DNA of 64,000 bases from Dendrobates tinctorius (taxonomy: Eukaryota), in contig NW_027361804.1 of assembly GCF_039654945.1 (NCBI RefSeq), forward strand, positions 2,976,001-3,040,000, read 5' to 3'. Position 1 is the stretch's first letter. Each line of letters begins with the position of its first letter. Shown here piece by piece: positions 56,888 to 64,000 of this stretch. The notes beneath the pieces were generated by a model that was given only the letters and a program-made list of their open reading frames with translations, had not been told where the DNA came from and searched no databases. The position numbers were made by a program, and so were the translations under genes.

Positions 56888-59800
56888 GTACTGGGAGAGG
56901 AGGAGTGCGGGTACTGGGGGAGGAGGAGAGTGGGTACTGGGGGCGGAAGAGTACTATTACTGGGGAAGGAGGAGTGCGGGTACTTGGGGGAGGAGGAGTG
57001 CGGGTACTGGGGAAATTGGAGTGGGTACTGGGAGAGGAGGAGTGCGGGTATTGGGGAAGGAGGAGTGCGGTACTGGGAGATAAGGAGTGCGGGTACTGGG
57101 GGAGGAGGAGTGCGGGTACTGGGGAAGGAGGAGTGCAGGTACTTGGGGGAGGAGGAGTGTGGGTACTGGGAGAGGAGGAGTGCGGGTATTGGGGAAGGAG
57201 GAGTGCGGTACTGGGAGATAAGGAGTGCGGGTACTGGGGGAGGAGGAGTGCGGGTACTGGGGAAGGAGGAGTGCAGGTACTTGGGGGAGGAGGAGTGTGG
57301 GTACTGGGAGAGGAGGAGTGCGGGTACTGGGGGAGGAGGAGTGTGGGTACTGGGGGAGAAAGAGTGCTATTACTGGGGAAGGAGGAGTGCGGGTACTTGG
57401 GGGAGGAGGAGTGCGGGTATTGGGGAAGGAGGAGTGCGGGTACTGGGGAAGGAGGAGTGGGTACTGGGAGGGGAGGAGTGCAGGTACTGGGGAAGGAGGA
57501 GTGTGGGTACTGGGGAAGGAGGAGTGGGTACTGGGAGGGGAGGAGTGCGGGTGTGGGGAAGGTGACTTGATGGACAGACGTGACTGGTAGTAGGAGGGGA
57601 CAGTTTGTGCACCAGAGACGAAGATTGACAGGATAGAAGGGTGACAGCTGGGAAAGGTGGATAGGAGAGTGCAGTACCTAGAAATGACCACAAGATGGCA
57701 GGGGGGAGTAGCTTAGGACTTAACACCAGCTTATGGCTTGAGAAACGCTTAGTCATGGGGGGGAGATAGGAACCCAGGAGGGGAATTCCTGGTGAGAGAG
57801 GGGATAAATAGAACAGGATAGGGTTCCAGGCAGTCTAGTCCCAGGAGGAGCTCGGTAGAAGACTGTGAAGAGAGAAGAGCTCGACCAGGGGACGGACAGC
57901 AAAGAGACAGTCAGGGGGGTGGCCCTGACCCGACGGACCACAGGACAGACGAGGCCCCGGGGGTACCGATTGGACGACGACCTCGGGCAGGTGAAGCGCT
58001 GGCGGTAGATTGGTCTAGGACAGCCCCAGCGAAAGATCCGCGAGGTACGTTACTTCGACTGGAGCAAAGGTGCAGGTACCCGGGCCCGGAGACAGAGAAC
58101 GGTAAAGAGGCTGCGGTGTGTGGTTGTGGTCGTCAGGAGGACGACGAATAAATCCGGAACTGTTACTATTGAAATCTGTCTCCGCCTTGTCCTTGCAACG
58201 CCTGGTGTCGGTGTCATCCAGACAGGGTAAGCAGTGGTCCACCCCCTAATCCGGCCCCCTACCACACGTTTACTGGGGAAGGAGGAGTGCGGGTACTGGG
58301 GAAGGAGGAGTGCGGGTACCGGGGAAGGAGGAGTGCGGGTACTGGGGAAGGAGGAGTGCGGGTACTGGGAGAGGAGGAGTGCGGGTACTGGGAGAGGAGG
58401 AGTGCGGGTACTGGGAGAGGAGGAGTGCGGGTACTGGGGAAGGACGAGTGCGGGTACTGGGAGAGGAGGAGTGCGGGTACTGGGGGAGGAGGAGTGTGGG
58501 TACTTGGGGGAGGAGGAGTGCGGGTACTGGGAGAGGAGGAGTGCGGGTACTGGGGGAGGAGGAGTGCGGGTACTGGGGGAGGAGGAGTGCGGGTACTTGG
58601 GGGAGGAGTGCGGGTACTGGGGAAGGACGAGTGCGGGTACTGGGAGAGGAGGAGTGCGGGTAATGGGGGAGGAGGAGTGCGGGTACTTGGGGGAGGAGGA
58701 GTGCGGGTACTTGGGGGAGGAGGAGTGCTATTACTGGGGAAGGAGGAGTGCGGGTACTTGGGGGAGGAGGAGTGCGGCTACTGGGGAAGGAGGAGTGCGG
58801 GTACTGGGGGGAGGAGTGTGGGTACTGGGGGAGGAGGAGTGCTATTACTGGGGAAGGAGGAGTGCGGGTACTTGGGGGAGGAGGAGTGCGGGTACTGGGG
58901 AAGGAGGAGTGCGGGTACTGGGGAAGTAGGAGTGGGTACTGGGAGAGGAGGAGTGAGGGTACTGGGAGAGGAGGAATGCGGGTACTGGGGAAGGAGAAGT
59001 GCGGGTACTGGGAGAGGAGGAGTGCGGGTACTGGGGGAGGAGGAGTGTGGGTACTTGGGGGAGGAGGAGTGCGGGTACTGGGAGAGGAGGAGTGCGGGTA
59101 CTGGGGGAGGATGAGTGTGGGTACTGGGGGAGGAGGAGTGCTATTACTGGGGAAGGAGGGAAGGAGGAGTGCGGGTACTTGGGGGAGGAGTGCGGGTACT
59201 GGGGAAGGACGAGTGCGGGTACTGGGAGAGGAGGAGTGCGGGTAATGGGGGAGGAGGAGTGCGGGTACTTGGGGGAGGAGGAGTGTGGGTACGGGGAGAG
59301 GAGGAGTGTGGGTACTGGGGGAGGAGGAGTGCTATTACTGGGGAAGGAGGAGTGCGGGTACTTGGGGGAGGAGGAGTGCGGCTACTGGGGAAGGAGGAGT
59401 GCGGGTACTGGGGAAGGAGGAGTGCGGGTACTGGGGAAGGAGGAGTGCGGGTACTGGGGAAGGAGGAGTGGGTACTGGGAGAGGAGGAGTGAGGGTACTG
59501 GGAGAGGAGGAATGCGGGTACTGGGGAAGGAGAAGTGCGGGTACTGGGAGAGGAGGAATGCGGGTACTCTGGGGAGGAGGAGTGCGGGTACGGGGAGAGG
59601 AGGAGTGCGGGTACTGGGGGAGGAGGAGGGTGGGTACTGGGGGAGGAGGAGTGCTATTACTGGGGAAGGAGGAGTGCGGGTACTTGGGGGAGGAGGAGTG
59701 CGGGTACTGGGGAAGGAGGAGTGCGGGTATTTGGGAAGGAGATGTGCGGGTACTGGGAGAGGAGGAGTGCGGGTACTGGGGAAGAAGGAGTGTGGGTACT

Positions 59801-62800
59801 GGGGAAGGAGAAGTGCGGGTACTGGGGAAGGAGAAGTGCGGGTACTGGGGGAGGAGGAGTGCGGGTACTGGGGAAGGAGAAGTGCGGGTACTGGGATAGG
59901 AGGAGTGCGGGTACAGGGGAAGGAGAAGTGCGGGTACTGGGAGAGGAGGAGTGCGGGTACTGGGGAAGGAGAAGTGCGGGTACTGGGAGAGGAGGAATGC
60001 GGGTACTGGGGGAGGAGGAGTGCGGGTACTGGGGAAGGAGAAGTGCGGGTACTGGGGAAGGAGGAATGCGGGTACTGGGGAAGGAGAAGTGCGGGTACTG
60101 GGAGAGGAGGAATGCGTGTACTGGGGGAGTAGGAGTGCGGGTACAGGAGAAGTGCAGGTACTGGGAGAGGAGGAATGCGGGTACTGGGGAAGGAGAAGTG
60201 CGGGTACTGGGGGAGGAGGAGTGCGGGTACTGGGGAAGGAGAAGTACGGGTACTGGGGAAGGAGAAGTGCGGGTACTGGGGAAGGAGAAGTGCAGGTACT
60301 GGGAGAGGAGGAATGCGGGTACTGGGGGATGAGGAGTGCGGGTACTGGGGGAGGAGGAGTGCGGGTACTGGGGAAGGAGAAGTGCGGGTACTGAGGGAGG
60401 AGGAGTGCGGGTACTGAGGGAGGAGGAGTGTGGGTACTGGGGGAAGAGGAGTGCGGGTTCTGGGGGAGGAGGAGTGCGGGTACTGGGGGAGGAGGAGTGC
60501 GGGTACTGGGGAAGGAGGAGTGCGGGTACTGGGGAAGGAGAAGTGCGGGTACTGGGGAAGGAGCAGTGCGGGTACTGGGGAAGGAGAAGTGCGGGTACTG
60601 GGGAAGGAGGAGTGCGGGTACTCGGAGAGGATGAGTGCGGGTACTGGGAGAGGAGGAATGCGAGTACTGGGAGAGGAGGAGTGCGGGTACTGGGGGAGGA
60701 GGAATGCGAGTACTGGGGAAGGAGAAGTGCGGGTACTGAGGGAGGAGGAGTGCGGGTACTGAGGGAGGAGGAGTGCGGGTACTGGGGGAAGAGGAGTGCG
60801 GGTTCTGGTGGAGGAGGAGTGCGGGTACTGGGGGAGGAGGAGTGCGGGTACTGGGGAAGGAGGAGTGCGGGTACTGGGGAAGGAGGAGTGCGGGTACTGG
60901 AGAAGGAGAAGTGCGGGTACTGGGGGAGGAGGAGTGCGGGTACTGGGGAAGGAGAAGTGCGGGTACTGGGGAAGGAGAAGTGCGGGTACTGGGGAAGGAG
61001 AAGTGCGGGTACTGGGGAAGGAGGAGTGCGGGTACTCGGAGAGGATGAGTGCGGGTACTGGGAGAGGAGGAGTGCGGGTACTGGGAGAGGAGGAGTGCGG
61101 GTACTGGGGAAGGAGAAGTGCGGGTACTGGGGAAGGAGAAGTGAGGGTACTGGAGAGGAGGAATGCGAGTACTGGGGAAGGAGAAGTGCGGGTACTGGGG
61201 AGGAGTGCGGGTACTGGGAGAAGAGGAGTGCGGGTACTGGGGAAGGAGAAGTGCGGGTACTGGGGAAGGAGGAGTGCGGGTACAGGGGAAGGAGAAGTGC
61301 AGGTACTGGGAGAGGAGGAGTGCGGGTACTGGGGAAGGAGGAGTGCGGGTACTGGGAGAGGAGAAGTGCGGGTACTGGGGAAGGAGGAGTGCGGGTACTG
61401 GGGAAGGAGGAGTGCGGGTACTGGGGGAGGAGGAGTGTGGGTACTGGGGGAGGAGAAGTGCGGGTACTGGGGGAGGAGGAATGCGGGTACTGGGGGAGGA
61501 GGAGTGCGGGTACTGGGGGAGGAGGAGTGCGGGTACTGGGGGAGGAGGCGTGCGGGTACTGGGGGAGGAGGAGTGCGGGTACTGGGGGAGGAGGAGTGCG
61601 AGTACTGGGGGAGGATGAGTGCGGGTACTGGGGGAGGAGGAGCGCGGGTACTGGGGGAGGAGCTCGGGTACTGGGGGGAGGAGGAGTGAGGGTACTGGGG
61701 GAGGAGGAGTGCGGGTACTGGGGGAGGAGGAGTGCGGGTACTGGGGGAGGAGGAGTGCGGGTACTGGGGGAGGAGGAGTGCGGGTACTGGGGGAGGAGGA
61801 GTGCGGGTACTGGGGGAGGAGGAGCTCGGGTACTGGGGGGAGGAGGAGTGCGGGTACTGGGGGGAGGAGGAGTGCGGGTACTGGGGGAGGAGGAGTGCGG
61901 GTACTGGGGGAGGAGGAGTGCGGGTACTGGGGGAGGAGGAGTGCGGGTACTGGGAGAGGAGGAGTGCGGGTACTGGGAGAGGAGGAGTGCGGGTACTGGG
62001 GGAGGTGGAGTGCGGGTACTGGGGGAGGAGGAGTGCGGGTACTGGGGGAGGAGGAGCTCGGGTACTGGGGGGAGGAGGAGTGCGGGTACTGGGGGGAGGA
62101 GGAGTGCGGGTACTGGGAGAGGAGGAGTGCGGGTACTGGGGGAGGAGGAGTGCGGGTACTGGGGGAGGAGGAGTGCGGGTACTGGGAGAGGAGGAGTGCG
62201 GGTACTGGGGGAGGAGGAGTGCGGGTACTGGGAGAGGAGGAGTGCGGGTACTGGGGGAGGAGGAGTGCGGGTACTGGGGGAGGAGGAGTGCGGGTACTGG
62301 GGGAGGAGGAGTGCGGGTACTGGGGGAGGAGGAGCTCGGGTACTGGGGGGAGGAGGAGCTCGGGTACTGGGGGGAGGAGGAGCGCGGGTACTGGGGGGAG
62401 GAGGAGTGCGGGTACTGGGGGGAGGAGGAGTGCGGGTACTGGGGGAGGAGGAGTGCGGGTACTGGGGGAGGAGGAGTGCGGGTACTGGGGGAGGAGGAGT
62501 GCGGGTACTGGGAGAGGAGGAGTGCGGGTACTGGGAGAGGAGGAGTGCGGGTACTGGGGGAGGAGGAGTGCGGGTACTGGGGGAGGAGGAGTGCGGGTAC
62601 TGGGGGAGGAGGAGCTCGGGTACTGGGGGGAGGAGGAGTGCGGGTACTGGGGGGAGGAGGAGTGCGGGTACTGGGGGAGGAGGAGTGCGGGTACTGGGGG
62701 AGGAGGAGTGCGGGTACTGGGAGAGGAGGAGTGCGGGTACTGGGGGAGGAGGAGTGCGGGTACTGGGGGAGGAGGAGTGCGGGTACTGGGGGGAGGAGGA

Positions 62801-62856
62801 GTGCGGGTACTGGGGGAGGAGGAGTGCGGGTACTGGGGGAGGAGGAGTGCGGGTAC
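56888..62856. repeat. 23-24-bp G-rich minisatellite (GGGTACTGGGGGAGGAGGAGTGC)n, interrupted at about 57562-58270
   Basis: Direct tandem repetition; the ORFs of over 1000 aa are its translation. Confidence 0.97.
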
Positions 62857-63460
62857 ATGATAAGTTGATTGGATGGCCTGATATCACATTGTTATTGTTC
62901 TTCCCCTTACAACTGCAATTTAACTGTTTATCTCCCTGCTAAGAGTAGAGCTACGGTTACATTGCATTGTTAACCCTTGCTCTGCCTTTCTTGCGTCCCT
63001 GCATTCCACAGGTGATGTGTCGTCACAGCAGTCAATATCACGCTTGCTTGGCTTAGATACACTTGTCCAGTAGATGCCAGTGTTTGCGGTGTCCCTGGTG
63101 GTTACTTTGTTGCTGGCGGGTTATTTTTTCTTTAGCGCTTTGTTACATTGTCTCGTTTCCACGGTTGCGTTCCGGGTTCATGCTGTCTCGTTTCTCAGCC
63201 ATGTCACAATAGGCCCCTCCTCCTCCGGTAGCCACGCCCATTAGTTTTTGTTCATTTCTGACCTGTCTCTGTTGTGGTTTGGAGGTTGTCTTGTGTTATC
63301 ACCAGTGCCATACAAAGGGCTGTAACGAAACAGCCTGCACTGTAAAGTATGGTGCCAAATATCCAACAAAACTATACAGTGTCACTGGCAGAATACCACA
63401 CTGTACAGCCCCGTATCATCAGTGCCGTACAATGCTGCAATGTCACCGCAGATGTATAAC

Positions 63461-63461
<1 letters not shown>

Positions 63462-63512
<51 letters not shown>
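63462..63512. repeat. (TA)n microsatellite at a Tc1 insertion site
   Basis: About 25 TA units abutting the CAG start of the TIR. Confidence 0.95.
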
Positions 63513-63515
<3 letters not shown>

Positions 63516-64000
63516 CTCTGGCAGAATTTAACAGTCCATTGTTCAGTTTCTCTGATTTTTCTCTTTATATTTTTGTGTAAAATGTAAATTGCTCTTTTAT
63601 TCTATAAACTCCTGACAACAAGTCTCCGAGTTCAGAGATCAATATTCTGTGGGATCCCCATGATTGTTAACCCCAGCTTTCCTGCGTCTTGGCTGCTTTC
63701 CTCCAGACTCTCACACGGCTTCTCGGTGACCTTATGCCGCTCCTGGGACACACATGTCAGCAGTTCTTCTTTGTCTGATGGCTTGTGACTCTCCATCTTC
63801 ATCTTGATTACATTCCAGAGGTTCTCAGTGGGGTTCAGGTCTGGAGATTGGGCGGCCATGACAGGGATTGGATGTGGTGGTCCTTCATCCACACATTGAG
63901 TGACCTAGCTGTGTGGCATGGCGCATTGTCCTCAGAGTTGGGGAACATTGCCTGAGCAGAAGGAATCCGCTGTTTCTCCAGGATAACCTTGTATGCGGTT
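63513..64000 (-). mobile_element. Defective Tc1-like transposon (3' end), continues off the right edge
   Basis: TA|CAGCTCTGGC terminus; - strand remnant AAQSPDLNPTENLWNVIK matches the Tc1 WPxQSPDLNPIENLW motif; frameshifted. Confidence 0.88.

Noticed and set aside
59382-62942. Extensin/mucin-like Pro-rich ORFs of over 1000 aa
   Set aside because: Artefact of the 23-bp G-rich repeat.

Overview
Vertebrate genomic DNA, most likely a frog (inferred from the V-SINE, CR1, Penelope, Tc1 and TTAA-MITE content and an anuran-type TRIM C-terminus). Two conserved multi-exon genes can be spliced by hand with consistent intron phases. TBXAS1 (CYP5A1, + strand, 13 coding exons, 10172-25352, 526 aa) and PARP12 (- strand, 12 coding exons, 52010-45721, 653 aa) lie tail-to-tail as in mammals. 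Between them is an unexpected third gene (+ strand; 10-nt coding exon 33532-33541 spliced to 37534-39044; 506 aa). It fuses an ASC/NLRP1-type CARD to the coiled-coil and PRY-SPRY (B30.2) half of a TRIM protein, with no RING and no intact B-box, and is a candidate pyrin-analogous innate-immune sensor or adaptor. This gene block is bracketed by two arrays of the same 57-bp CTCF-motif-like minisatellite. Roughly half of the window is about 20 different GC-rich minisatellite arrays, which account for nearly all long ORFs in the track. Other elements are solo LTRs with TSDs, a V-SINE, a tandemly duplicated CR1, Penelope and Tc1 relics, and an ISRE/GAS composite upstream of PARP12. All calls are by eye; no searches were run.
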